From: Meiothermus sp.
Lineage (GTDB): Bacteria; Deinococcota; Deinococci; Deinococcales; Thermaceae
DNA: 64,000 nt
NCBI GenBank assembly: GCA_033762915.1
Contig: JANRLD010000054.1
Location: 1 to 64,000, forward strand
Reading direction: 5' to 3'
Each line of letters starts with the position of its first letter. Position 1 is the first letter of the stretch. A program made the position numbers and the translations under genes. Under the pieces are notes generated by a model that saw only the letters and a program-made list of their open reading frames with translations, ran no database searches and had not been told where the DNA came from. Below, one piece after another: positions 17,286 to 30,812 of this stretch.

Positions 17286-18875
17286 TCAATCCTGAGGCAC
17301 CGGCTGCTCTTTCACCAGAGCGTAGGCGTAGCCGTCGGTGAGGGCCTTGAGGCTGGCCTCGAGGTTGTTCTTGCTGGCTCCCACGGTGCTCCAGCGCTCG
17401 CCCGCTCGGTTCATCTCGATGCTCACCCGCACGCCCGAAGCCGTACCCGCTTCTTGCCCAGAAAGAATGCGCACCTTGTAATCGGAAAGTTCGATCTCGC
17501 TGATTTCGGGGTAAAAAGGCTCGATGGCCTTGCGGAAAGCCCTGTCCAGCGCCGAGACCGGGCCGTTTTCGCTCTCAGCGGCGGTGTGTTGTAGTTGTTC
17601 GCCTACCCGTACCCGGATGGTGGCCTCAGCCCAACTCGGGGTGGTGGGGTCGGGGTCGTTGGCGTGCACAAAAGTGGTGAAACCTTCCACACTAAAGGGA
17701 ACCTTGCCCCCGCGCAACTTGTGGGCCAGCAAATAGAAACTGGCCTCTGCCCCCTCGAACGAGTAGCCGCTGTGCTCGAGGCTCTTCACCTCATCCAGCA
17801 AGGCCCCCGCCGTCTCCTTGGGCACATTCACGCCGGACTCGGCCAGCTTGGCCAGCAGGTTGCTCCGGCCCGACAGGTCCGAGACCAGCACCCGCCGCGT
17901 GTTGCCCACCGACTCCGGGGTGACGTGCTCGTAGGTTCTGGAGTCCTTCAGCACCGCCGAGACGTGAATCCCTCCCTTGTGCGCGAAGGCCGCGTCGCCC
18001 ACGTAGGGCGCGCGCAGGTTGGGGGCCAGGTTGGCCCGCTCGTCCACAAAGTGCGAGACCTCGCGCAGCTCAGAGATTTTCTGGCGCGGGATGCCCTGCA
18101 GCTCGAGGCCGTACTTCAGGATCAGGTTGGGCATCAGGCTGGTCAGGTTGAGGTTGCCGCAGCGCTCGCCGTAGCCGTTGGTGGTGCCCTGTACGTGGGT
18201 CGCCCCCGCCCGCACCGCGGCCAGTGCGTTGGCCACCGCCACTTCGGAGTCGTTGTGGGGGTGAATGCCCAGCCGAACTTGGGGGAAGTGCTGGCGCACG
18301 ACCGCACAAATCTCGAAAACTTCCTCCGGCATCGAGCCGCCGTTGGTGTCGCATAGGGTCAGGGTGTCGGCTCCACCCCGAACAGCGGCCTCGAGGGTCT
18401 GTAGGGCATAGGCTCGGTTGGCCTTATAGCCGTCGAAGAAGTGCTCGGCGTCGTGGATGACCCGCTTGCCCTCGCCTACCAGGTAGACGTAGGTCTCCTC
18501 GATCATGCGGAGGTTTTCCTCCAGCGAGACCTCGAGGGCGTGGTGCACGTGAAAATCCCAGCTCTTGGCCACCACCGTCACCACCGGGGTATGGGCCGCC
18601 ACCATTGCCTGCACCGAGGCGTCATCTTGCGGCTTTACCCCTTTGCGCCGGGTGGACCCAAAGGCACACAGCTGCGTCGCGCCCAAGTCCACGCCCTTCA
18701 TGCGGGCGAAGAACTCGGCGTCCTTGGGGTTGCTCCCAGGCCACCCGCCCTCGATGATCGGAATCCCGAAGGCCGCCAAGCGCTTGGCTATAGCGATTTT
18801 GTCGTCGGACGACAGGTTTACGGCTTCGCCTTGGGTTCCGTCGCGGAGGGTGGTGTCCAGGATTTCGATGCTCAT
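17286..18875 (-). CDS. cimA: Citramalate synthase
   Basis: DTTLRDGTQGE, EGGWPGSNPKD, DAEHFFDG, GYGERCGN, AHKGGIHVSA; LeuA-type regulatory domain. Confidence 0.93.
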   Translation of the reverse strand: MSIEILDTTLRDGTQGEAVNLSSDDKIAIAKRLAAFGIPIIEGGWPGSNPKDAEFFARMKGVDLGATQLCAFGSTRRKGVKPQDDASVQAMVAAHTPVVTVVAKSWDFHVHHALEVSLEENLRMIEETYVYLVGEGKRVIHDAEHFFDGYKANRAYALQTLEAAVRGGADTLTLCDTNGGSMPEEVFEICAVVRQHFPQVRLGIHPHNDSEVAVANALAAVRAGATHVQGTTNGYGERCGNLNLTSLMPNLILKYGLELQGIPRQKISELREVSHFVDERANLAPNLRAPYVGDAAFAHKGGIHVSAVLKDSRTYEHVTPESVGNTRRVLVSDLSGRSNLLAKLAESGVNVPKETAGALLDEVKSLEHSGYSFEGAEASFYLLAHKLRGGKVPFSVEGFTTFVHANDPDPTTPSWAEATIRVRVGEQLQHTAAESENGPVSALDRAFRKAIEPFYPEISEIELSDYKVRILSGQEAGTASGVRVSIEMNRAGERWSTVGASKNNLEASLKALTDGYAYALVKEQPVPQD

Positions 18876-18883
18876 AACTTTCC

Positions 18884-19213
18884 TCAATCAACGATAAACA
18901 GTTTAGCCCCCACCGCTGTTTGCGAACGGTGTGGCTCGGCCCCGTCGGCAACTTGGTAGCTGACACCTGGGGTCAGGGTGAATCTCCGTCCGTCGGCCAG
19001 CTCGGTTTCCAGTCTTCCCTCGAGGCACAGCAAAATATGCCCCTTCTCGCACCAGTGGTCGGAGACATAGCCGGGGGTGTACTCGACCATCCGCACCCGT
19101 ATCTGGCCGAAGTGCTGGGTGCGCCAGAGGGCAATGCCCTGCTCGCCCCGGTGTTCGGTAGGCGCGATCTGGCTCCAGTCGGTGGTGCCAAAGGGAATGT
19201 CGGACATCCTCAC
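18884..19213 (-). CDS. DHCW-motif cupin-fold protein
   Basis: IPFGTTDWS...EHRGE.G.A.WRT...DHWCEKGH...KLFIVD. Confidence 0.85.
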   Translation of the reverse strand: MRMSDIPFGTTDWSQIAPTEHRGEQGIALWRTQHFGQIRVRMVEYTPGYVSDHWCEKGHILLCLEGRLETELADGRRFTLTPGVSYQVADGAEPHRSQTAVGAKLFIVD

Positions 19214-19557
19214 TCGCGCACCTCCTCCACGACCGAACGCCCGCTCGAGCCGTCGCCCGAGAGCCACTGCCACTCCTCGTGCAGCCGAATCCGCCCATCG
19301 GGCAGGAGTTCGGGCCTCGAGAAGCACCGACCCAGCATGAACTCGCCCGCGTGGTTGAGGTGGTGGTAGCGCATCTCGAGCGAGCCGTCGGGCAAGACTT
19401 TGGCCATGAGTTGACCGGTGGCGATCCCGCCGCCCGAGTAGGTTCCCGTCACCACATCGCCCTGCTGGTAGTAGTAGAAGCGGGTATCCCCGTTGGCCTC
19501 ACCGTTGGCGGTGTTCTCGAGGGATCGGAAGACCCGGTTGTGATAACTCACGCTCAT
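19210..19557 (-). CDS. Small beta-barrel hypothetical protein (family often labelled 'N-acetylglutamate synthase')
   Basis: Y.NR.F....N..NGE....T.F.Y.Q....V.G.YSGG.I..G...GR.RLHEEWQW pattern; overlapping start and stop codons with neighbours. Confidence 0.7.
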   Translation of the reverse strand: MSVSYHNRVFRSLENTANGEANGDTRFYYYQQGDVVTGTYSGGGIATGQLMAKVLPDGSLEMRYHHLNHAGEFMLGRCFSRPELLPDGRIRLHEEWQWLSGDGSSGRSVVEEVRE

Positions 19558-20069
19558 GCCCGCACCTCGCTTAAGTCGGGCCAGCCGTAGGCCACTCCCG
19601 GCAGCATCAGCGGGGTCACCGGGATGTCCCGCTCGTAGACCAGCGTCCCGCCCATGCGCTGGTAAAAACCCACGGTGTTGTTGCCCTTGAGCGCCCACAG
19701 CAGCATGTTGTTGTGGCCCTGCCCCCTCAAAAACCCCGCCGAGGCCTCGAACAGCCTTCTGCCCAGGCCCTTACCCTGGTGGGCCTCGAGCAGGTAGAGG
19801 GCGTAGAGCTCGCCCGTGTAGGCCGGGTCTCGGTCGCGCTCGGGGCCGCAGGACGCGAAACCCACCACCTCACCACCCTCGAGGGTCACCAGATTGGCCT
19901 GGCTCGAGTCCGGCTCGGAAAGGATTCTCTGCCAGCGCTGGGTTCGCATCTCAAGGTTGAAGCTGCCCAAGACTTCGGCCGGGATGAGGCTGTGGTAGGT
20001 CTCGAGCCACGACTGGGCGTGGACCCGCGCAATGGCCGGTGCGTCGTCGAGGGTGGCCGGGCGAATCAC
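19554..20069 (-). CDS. GNAT-family acetyltransferase
   Basis: IRPATLDDA.AIARVH..SW.ETY, ELYALYL...HQGKGLG..L, N....FY..MGG. Confidence 0.9.
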   Translation of the reverse strand: MIRPATLDDAPAIARVHAQSWLETYHSLIPAEVLGSFNLEMRTQRWQRILSEPDSSQANLVTLEGGEVVGFASCGPERDRDPAYTGELYALYLLEAHQGKGLGRRLFEASAGFLRGQGHNNMLLWALKGNNTVGFYQRMGGTLVYERDIPVTPLMLPGVAYGWPDLSEVRA

Positions 20070-20354
20070 GGGTAGACCCGCTGGTGATGCAACACGGTCG
20101 GGAACGGATCGTAGAAGTGGTGGAGCAGGGTCTTCCACTCCTGGTACTGCGGCGAACCGCGAAACCCCACCGTGTGATCTTCGAGGGTCTCCCACTCCAC
20201 CAACAGCAGATACAGGCTGGGGTTCTCGAGGGTTTTGTGCAGTTGATGCCCACAGTATCCAGGCCGAGAGGATGCTCGAGGCCTGCCCAAACGCCGTCTC
20301 GAAAGCAGTTTCCTGCCCTGGTCTGACATGAAGGTGGGCGGACTCGAGGATCAT
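20066..20354 (-). pseudogene. Antibiotic biosynthesis monooxygenase (ABM) family gene, frameshifted near 20263
   Basis: MILESAHLHVRPGQETAFETAF.QASSILS is in one frame; PGY.GHQL....E....YLLLVEWETLEDHTVGFRGS..YQEW..LLHHFYDPFP is in another. Confidence 0.8.
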
Positions 20355-20531
20355 AGGAGCGTATTGCGGATCATGGCCTGCAAAGCCGTGGGGTTTAGGG
20401 TGGAGCGTCGCTCACCAAGTTGGTTTGCGGTGCCTGGGCGCTTTGCAGGTTTGGAGGCACATACGGGTTGGGGTGATTGTGCGTTTTGGCTCATCGATTA
20501 TTGCTCATGGCTTCACGATTCTCTTCCCAGC

Positions 20532-22121
<1,590 letters not shown>

Positions 22122-22150
22122 AGAACCTCCGGTTGTTCCAAGAGTCCGGT

Positions 22151-22207
22151 GTCGGGGGTCTGGAGCAAGAGGCCTAAGGTGGCAGCACCCGACTCCAGAC
22201 CCTCGAC
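22151..22207. repeat. Intergenic stem-loop between ilvC and leuA
   Basis: GTCGGGGGTCTGGAG (22151-22165) pairs with CTCCAGACCCTCGAC (22193-22207). Confidence 0.7.
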
Positions 22208-22218
22208 GCTCGGCATCC

Positions 22219-23298
<1,080 letters not shown>

Positions 23299-23369
23299 CT
23301 ACCGGCCTTAGTGCCGCGGCCAACCACCAAACACAAAAACCTCCGTCCACCTCAACAAACCACCAAACC

Positions 23370-24086
23370 TTACTTCACCGCATAGAATGCCGCAAACACG
23401 CTGTTCTTGTGCAGCACCTCGACGCTGGAAAAGCCGACCCTGGCCAGGAGTGCCAGCTGAAAGCTCAGGGGGCGGGGGGAGTCTTCGTAGTCGATGTAGT
23501 CGAACACTTTCTCGCGGTAGGCGGGGCCGCCGAGGGCCTCGAGGTATTCGCCGTAGCGCCGCCACATCAGCGCGTGAACGGCAGGGTCGCGGTGGGTCAC
23601 CAGGTCGGAGACCAGCAGCGCACCACCGGGGTTCAGGAGGTCGAAAATGCGCCGGAAGCCGGCCTCCCAGTCGGCCTCGCCCCTGAGGTGGTGCAAAACG
23701 GCGGCGGCTACGATGAGGTCATAGCCGCCGGGGAGGGGGAGGGTGCGGAAGTCACCCTGGAAGGTTTGTACCTGTTGTGTGGCCACGGCCGAGACCCGGG
23801 CCCTGGCCCGCTCGAGCATGGGCGCGCTCAGGTCCAGCAGGTCGCAGGCGATGTGCGGATAGCCCTGCAAAACCTTCAGCGTGTTGTTCCCCGCCCCGCA
23901 TCCGATGTCCAGCATCCGGCGCGGGGTCGGCACCAGCGCCAGCGCGTTCTGGGCCAGCAGTTCCAAGACCAGCGGCGCGTCGACAGTGGCCGACTGGCCG
24001 GTCTCGAGGTTGCTGAAGCGCTCCACGTCAGCGTCGAAGCGGGCGCGGATCTGCTCGAGGGAGGATTTCTCGGATAAGGGGCGCAT
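23370..24086 (-). CDS. Class I SAM-dependent methyltransferase (CmoA-like)
   Basis: LDIGCGAG motif I, DLSAPML, VLHHL, L.PGG.L...D. Confidence 0.88.
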   Translation of the reverse strand: MRPLSEKSSLEQIRARFDADVERFSNLETGQSATVDAPLVLELLAQNALALVPTPRRMLDIGCGAGNNTLKVLQGYPHIACDLLDLSAPMLERARARVSAVATQQVQTFQGDFRTLPLPGGYDLIVAAAVLHHLRGEADWEAGFRRIFDLLNPGGALLVSDLVTHRDPAVHALMWRRYGEYLEALGGPAYREKVFDYIDYEDSPRPLSFQLALLARVGFSSVEVLHKNSVFAAFYAVK

Positions 24087-24167
24087 AGATGGACTGATGC
24101 TCGTTGGACTTTCGGTTCGGCGTGGGACGGGCAGCGGTGATCCTTTTGCTAAAGGCCAACCGCCCGC

Positions 24168-24677
24168 TTATCCCGCCTTCTTCTCCCGCACCTTCAAGAC
24201 CTGCTCGCCTCGGGTCAGCGCGATCGCGCCCGAGCGCATCACTTCCAAGAGCCCGTAGGGCTTCATGGCGTGGATGAAGTCGTCCACCTTGCTGCTGGCC
24301 CCGGTAAGCTCGAAGATGATGCTCTTCTTGGCCACGTCGACGATGCGTGCGCGGAAGGCCTCGGCGATGTCCTTGACCTCGAGGCGCTCCTCCATGCCCG
24401 CGACATTGACCTTGACCAGCGCCAGCTCGCGCTCGACATGGGGCTCGTAGTGGTCGGTGACCTTAATGACCTCGATCAGGCGATTGAGCTGCTTCTCGAC
24501 CTGCTCGAGCTCCCGGTCATCGCCGCGCACCACCAGCGAGATGCGCGAGAGCCCGGGCTGGTGGGTGGTCCCCACCGCCAGCGACTCGATGTTAAACCCC
24601 CGACGGGCGATCAGCCCGGAGATCCGCTGGAGAACGCCGGGGTTGTCTTGGACGAGGACGGAAACGATGTGTCTCAT
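24168..24677 (-). CDS. ilvN: Acetolactate synthase small subunit
   Basis: N.PGVL.RISGL.ARRGFNIESL.VG; ERELALVKV. Confidence 0.96.
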   Translation of the reverse strand: MRHIVSVLVQDNPGVLQRISGLIARRGFNIESLAVGTTHQPGLSRISLVVRGDDRELEQVEKQLNRLIEVIKVTDHYEPHVERELALVKVNVAGMEERLEVKDIAEAFRARIVDVAKKSIIFELTGASSKVDDFIHAMKPYGLLEVMRSGAIALTRGEQVLKVREKKAG

Positions 24678-24708
24678 GTTGAAATCTCCAATTTAGTCGA
24701 ACGTCAGT

Positions 24709-24789
24709 GGTCGTACGTCTTAGGCTAAAACTCAACCGCCTTGAAACCGTCGCCGTTCGCTTTTGGCGTATGACCTACGACGCACGACC
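24709..24789. repeat. Intergenic imperfect inverted repeat between ilvB and ilvN
   Basis: GGTCGTACGTCTTAGG (24709-24724) pairs with CCTACGACGCACGACC (24774-24789). Confidence 0.55.
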
Positions 24790-24796
24790 CGCCCAG

Positions 24797-26485
<1,689 letters not shown>

Positions 26486-26517
26486 GGCTTCTCCTGTGGC
26501 GTTTCGCGGTCTGGCTC

Positions 26518-26546
26518 AAAAAAAAGGCCCCCTTGGTTCGGGGGCT
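26518..26546 (-). terminator. Intrinsic terminator of the ilvB attenuator
   Basis: On the minus strand AGCCCCC-GAACCAA-GGGGGCC followed by T8, about 30 nt upstream of ilvB. Confidence 0.88.
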
Positions 26547-26582
26547 CAGATGCGCGTGAAGTGTCGTTTCGCAGCACTGCCC

Positions 26583-26642
26583 CTAAGACCTAGTAATTAC
26601 TACTAGGTCTACAAATAGGACGAGGCTGCGGCTGCTAGGCAT
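26583..26642 (-). CDS. ilv/leu operon leader peptide MPSSRSLVLFVDLVVITRS (19 aa)
   Basis: 8 of 10 consecutive residues are Leu/Val/Ile, using AT-rich codons (CTA, GTA, ATT); lies between the promoter and the terminator. Confidence 0.85.
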   Translation of the reverse strand: MPSSRSLVLFVDLVVITRS

Positions 26643-26652
26643 CTTGTGACGG

Positions 26653-26682
26653 ATTCTACGTCTGTTTGGTATACCGTGTCAA
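26653..26682 (-). promoter_or_regulatory. Sigma70-type promoter of the ilv operon
   Basis: TTGACA (26682-26677) - 18 nt - TAGAAT (26658-26653). Confidence 0.8.
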
Positions 26683-27221
26683 GTTGATCTGCCTTAGGAA
26701 CCGAAGGAACTGAACGGTCAAATAGGTCATTATGACGTTTCCTGATCGCGTCTTGACCCACAGTGGAAACTGCCGGGCTGTTCGTCGGATCGGCTTCCCC
26801 GACAACATTAAGGTGGGCATTAGTGGGAACCACCTTGTCTTTGGTTGCACCGCCCATCTCGAGTTGGTGAAACAGCAACCAGGCGTCCTCTTCGACCTAT
26901 TCGATCATTCTTCTGACCGCATTCAAGTACCGATGGGTGTGTTACTAGCCCACTGGTGGCCCCCTAACGGGCCTTCACATTACATCGCGCTTCACAACAT
27001 CCACCCGTCCTAGGATTTGCCGGTCTTGCGGCGCAGGGCGGGCACTGGATTGCTCGCAAGCGGGAATTGTAACGGTCGAGTAACGTCTCGCGTACTAGGA
27101 TGAAACGGTGGATAAAGGGGGTGAACTCGTCCACCCGGCTGGGCAAACTCGGCAGGCTATTTGGGACAGATTTTGAGTGTCATTTGAAGCAGATTTTGGT
27201 CTGTAACGTAGAGGGGGTAAC

Positions 27222-28316
27222 GTGAAAAAGTTTTTGATATCAGGGTTGTTGGGGCTGCTGGTGGGGTGCAGCGGCGGGGGCTCGGGGCCGAGTTTACCCA
27301 ACCTGGCTGGGGTCTGGGCTCCGCAGTCGGGTGGCGAATTCCTGGGGGGCCTATCGGGGGCTTCGCTCAGGTTCTTGCAGCTCAATCCAGACGGAACCGG
27401 GCAAGTCTACGCGACCCAAGCCGAGAGCAACGTGCTGGCCTGTACTGCTGTCGTTTACGCGGTCGCCAGCCAAAACGTGGTCTCGATATCCACTGTCGCC
27501 AACGGGGTTAGCTACGAGGGTGTGGAACTGTACACCTTTCAGCGCGGCGACACCAGCCTGACCATAAGCAACAAGGAAGGGGTTTCACAGACCTTCAACA
27601 AGGCCGGGGCGGTAGCGGCAAACTCGCAATGCGAGACCGCGAACGTGACCGCTAGGCTCCAGAACATCCCGATAAGCAACAACTCCTGGAGCAATTTGCT
27701 AAATGACGGGACCAACTTAAAGCTAGTCAATGACAGCCGCAACCTTTACACGATCAACCCGATCACCGGTGTACTGTCAGCGCCGCAGAGTATCCCCGGC
27801 CCGACTTACGCCTACTTCGTCACCATGCAGGGGATCAACGACTACTGGGGAACCTGCGCCTGTGGCAACGTCGAGGACATCAAGCGCCACGGCCCGCCGC
27901 CCACCTTCACCGAGACTACGTCGATCAACACCCGAACTGACCTGAGCAACCAAATTTCCGTAAACTCAGGTGCGTTCGACGGAACCAGCCTCTGGCTGGC
28001 CGGCTACTCTCGTAGCACCAACGGTTACCGGCTGCTCCAGGTCAATCCCGCGACTAAAGCCCTGGTCAGCTACTTCGACTTCAAAACCCAGCTCCGACAC
28101 ATTGCCTTCGTGAGTGGTCAGCTCTGGGGATTGGCCAGCCTGCTGGGCTCAAAGCTGGTACAGATTGATCCCGTCAGCCGCCGGGCTACCCGAACCATCA
28201 CCTTGCCCACCTTGTCTTCGGGAAGCTATTACGGGCTAACCTCCATGGGGGGCAAACTGTATGTGCTGATCCGCAACGACGATAATTCCTCGAGCATTCT
28301 GGTGGTTCAGCCCTGA
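27222..28316 (+). CDS. Lipoprotein with probable C-terminal beta-propeller
   Basis: MKK plus lipobox LLVGC; repeated DG..LW / L..INP.TG blades; lower GC; GAGGGGG RBS. Confidence 0.75.
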   Translation: MKKFLISGLLGLLVGCSGGGSGPSLPNLAGVWAPQSGGEFLGGLSGASLRFLQLNPDGTGQVYATQAESNVLACTAVVYAVASQNVVSISTVANGVSYEGVELYTFQRGDTSLTISNKEGVSQTFNKAGAVAANSQCETANVTARLQNIPISNNSWSNLLNDGTNLKLVNDSRNLYTINPITGVLSAPQSIPGPTYAYFVTMQGINDYWGTCACGNVEDIKRHGPPPTFTETTSINTRTDLSNQISVNSGAFDGTSLWLAGYSRSTNGYRLLQVNPATKALVSYFDFKTQLRHIAFVSGQLWGLASLLGSKLVQIDPVSRRATRTITLPTLSSGSYYGLTSMGGKLYVLIRNDDNSSSILVVQP

Positions 28317-28319
28317 GGC

Positions 28320-28436
28320 ATGCTCGAGTCGCCTCCGCAGTCTGACCTGGAAGGTGCGGGCCTGTTGCTCTAAAGTTTGGGTAAGCAGCTGGATCAGGCC
28401 ATTATCTGTGACAAGGCCATCCGGGAGCGGCTCGAG
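28320..28436 (+). pseudogene. Degenerate internal duplicate of the 28528-28824 gene (matches 28582-28698)
   Basis: Colinear with no indels at a 262-bp offset; in-frame TAA at 28371; CTCGAG at both ends. Confidence 0.85.
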
Positions 28437-28527
28437 CCACCCGTCAGACCTCTAGCCTGACGAGTCGTTTACAAGAACCGCCCCGGCTGCCTACAGTCGT
28501 CTTCGGCGCGAGGGCGTACAATAGCCT

Positions 28528-28824
28528 GTGAGAAAAATCGAATCCATCATGGCCCACCTCGAGCGCGAGTTGGAAGAGAAAATGCTCGAGTCGCCGTCTC
28601 AGTCCAACCTGGTGGGGGCGGGCCTGCTGGTGGAGAGCATGAGCAAGCAGCTGGATCAGGCCATCATTTTCGACAAGACTATCCGGGCGCGGCTCGAGGC
28701 CGAACTCGAGGAGCTTCGTAAGAGCGTGGAAGGCACCAACGCCAGCGCGGGCGCGGCAAAAGAGCGGCTGGCGACGTTCCGTAGCTTCTTCCAGGCCAGC
28801 TTTAGCGGCGGACAGATCGTGTAG
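28528..28824 (+). CDS. Small coiled-coil hypothetical protein (98 aa)
   Basis: TACAAT -10 box 5 nt before GTG; host-like codon usage; helical heptads. Confidence 0.7.
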   Translation: MRKIESIMAHLERELEEKMLESPSQSNLVGAGLLVESMSKQLDQAIIFDKTIRARLEAELEELRKSVEGTNASAGAAKERLATFRSFFQASFSGGQIV

Positions 28825-28879
28825 GGTCGCCTTCGGCGGCGCACCGCCCGGCCTCAGCCGCCCCTGGCACACTGCCGGC

Positions 28880-29905
28880 GTGGCATCTGGGCAATCCCAC
28901 AGCCTGGCCTGGGCGGAGGTGTTCCGCGGGCTGACGATCCTGGGAGTGCTGCTGATCCACCTCAGCGGGCGGTTTGTGCGGGAGCTGCCCGAGGGTGGGC
29001 TCGAGTGGACCTTGCTGGCGGCGCTGGGCCGCGCCGCTAGCTTCGCGGTGCCGGCCTTCTTGACCCTCTCCACCTTGCTGCTGGGGCTCAGCCTGCGGCG
29101 GGGGCTGCGACCCGGTGTCTACGCTCGAGCCCGCCTGACCTCGCTGGCCTGGCCCTTGGTGCTATGGACGGCGGTGTTCCTGAGCCTGGGCGACCCGCCC
29201 CCGGTCGCCGACCCCCGGCTACTGACGGAGTGGCTGTTCTGGGGCAAGGCCCACTTCCACCTCTACTACCTCGCGCTGGCGCTACAACTGGCGCTGGTCA
29301 TGCCCCTGCTGGCGGCGCTGGCGGGGCGGCTGGGTGTGGGGTGGCTGGCCCTGGGCGGGGTGGTGCTGACGGCCCTGACGTACTGGGTCAACCGCCAGGG
29401 CCCCTTTCTCCCCTACCCCGGCTCGAGCCTGCTGTGGTACATCCCCGCAGTGACACTGGGGCTGTGCGGGTCGCGCCTCGAGGACCTGCCGTCCGCCCTG
29501 CGCCGGCTGTGGCCGTGGGCCGCTGGGACGGGGGCGGCGGGAATGGCGGCCTTCCTGCCGGTGTCGCTCGAGGCCCTGCGGGGCAGCCGGGTGGACACCG
29601 CGGTCTACCAGTTCTCGCACTGGGGCTACTCGGCCGCCCTCACGGTGCTGTTGGCCGGCCTGTCGGTCTGGCTGGCAGGGACTCGAGCCCGTGGGCCGCT
29701 GGAGTTGGTGGGGCGCAACTCGCTTCAGATCTATCTGATGCACCCTCTGGTGCTGCTGTGGCTGGACCAAAGCGCCCGGCTGAGCGAGCGGCTGGGAGCG
29801 CTGCCGGCGATGCCGGTCTACCTGGCCTGATTGCTGCTGGTTCCGCTGGGCTTGGCCGCGCTGGCCCGCCGGGCGCGAAGTTCCGAACTGCTGTTCGGGC
29901 GGTAA
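28880..29905 (+). pseudogene. Acyltransferase-3 (OafA-like) membrane protein with an in-frame TGA at 29828-29830
   Basis: RGL.IL.VL.IH, FAVP.F..LS, HLYYL, G.NSL.IYL.H motifs. The frame continues 24 codons past the TGA (LLLVPLGLAAL...LLFGR*), which looks like the natural C-terminus. Confidence 0.7.
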
Positions 29906-30017
29906 AGCCAGGCGGCATACCCGAACTGCGTCATACCGCCCGCCAACTCCCGCATAGAACTGCTCCGGGCACGCATCTACTGCATCTGCCGACTCCGTAC
30001 TTCTAGCCTGGCTCGGC

Positions 30018-30812
30018 TCAGAGCCAGCCCCGCAGGCGGTAGGTGAGCAGTCCCAACAGCTCCCGAGTCACCGCCGGCAGGGCCAGCAGACGGTCCCTGG
30101 GCTTCCACAGGGTCGAGTCGAAGCGCGGCTCGCTCGAGGCCACACTCACCATCTCCACCGGCTGGCCCCCGGCAGCGTTGCGGAAGGTGGCCACGGTGCG
30201 GCGGGTGTGGGTGGGGCTGGTGACCACCAGGAGGGTCTTCCAGCCGCGCTCGCGGGCCAGCCGGGCGGTGGCCTCGGCCTCGGTGCGGGTGGTGTACATC
30301 TGGGGCAGCAGCACCACCTCCGGCCCGGCCCCGCCGTACAGGGCCCTGACCTGGGCGCTGGCCGTGAGGCCCAAGCTGGGGCATCTCGAGTCGCCAAAAA
30401 TCTCGCTTACGGTGTCGGTCAGGGTGATGCGGGGGGCATAGCCGGCCCGCCACAGCTCCAGTCCCCTGAGCATGCGCGCCATCGAGGACGCCTCGAGCTC
30501 TCGAGTTCCGCACTGCATCCCCCCGCCCAGAATCACGATGGCGTCGGCGGCCCTGGGGGCTTGGTCGACCCGTAGGTAGTCCACCAGGGACTTGGGCAGG
30601 GGGCTGAACAGCCAGAGGGCCAGGAACACCGCCACCAGTCCGGCCCCGCCCAGCAGGAGCCGGAAGCCCGGGGGCCAGGCCCCTGCCAACGTGCCGGCCA
30701 GCCATAGCAGGCCCAACTCGACAAAGCTCAGCTCGGTGTGCAGCTGCAGCGCCACCGGCAGCAGCAAGGCCGAGAGCAGCGCGGCCAGACCCAGCCGATG
30801 GGCAGGGCTCAT
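30018..30812 (-). CDS. YdcF/DUF218 (ElyC/SanA-like) protein
   Basis: ADAIVILGGG, T..EA, LLVVTS..H.RR, RE..G...Y; N-terminal TM helices. Confidence 0.85.
   Translation of the reverse strand: MSPAHRLGLAALLSALLLPVALQLHTELSFVELGLLWLAGTLAGAWPPGFRLLLGGAGLVAVFLALWLFSPLPKSLVDYLRVDQAPRAADAIVILGGGMQCGTRELEASSMARMLRGLELWRAGYAPRITLTDTVSEIFGDSRCPSLGLTASAQVRALYGGAGPEVVLLPQMYTTRTEAEATARLARERGWKTLLVVTSPTHTRRTVATFRNAAGGQPVEMVSVASSEPRFDSTLWKPRDRLLALPAVTRELLGLLTYRLRGWL

Noticed and set aside
26700..27200. Short ORFs in the lower-GC stretch upstream of the ilv promoter
   Set aside because: No recognisable motifs or RBS; possibly a decayed gene but not supportable.
29828..29830. Selenocysteine recoding of the in-frame TGA
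   Set aside because: It lies in a hydrophobic membrane helix of a non-redox protein and I see no convincing SECIS-like hairpin.
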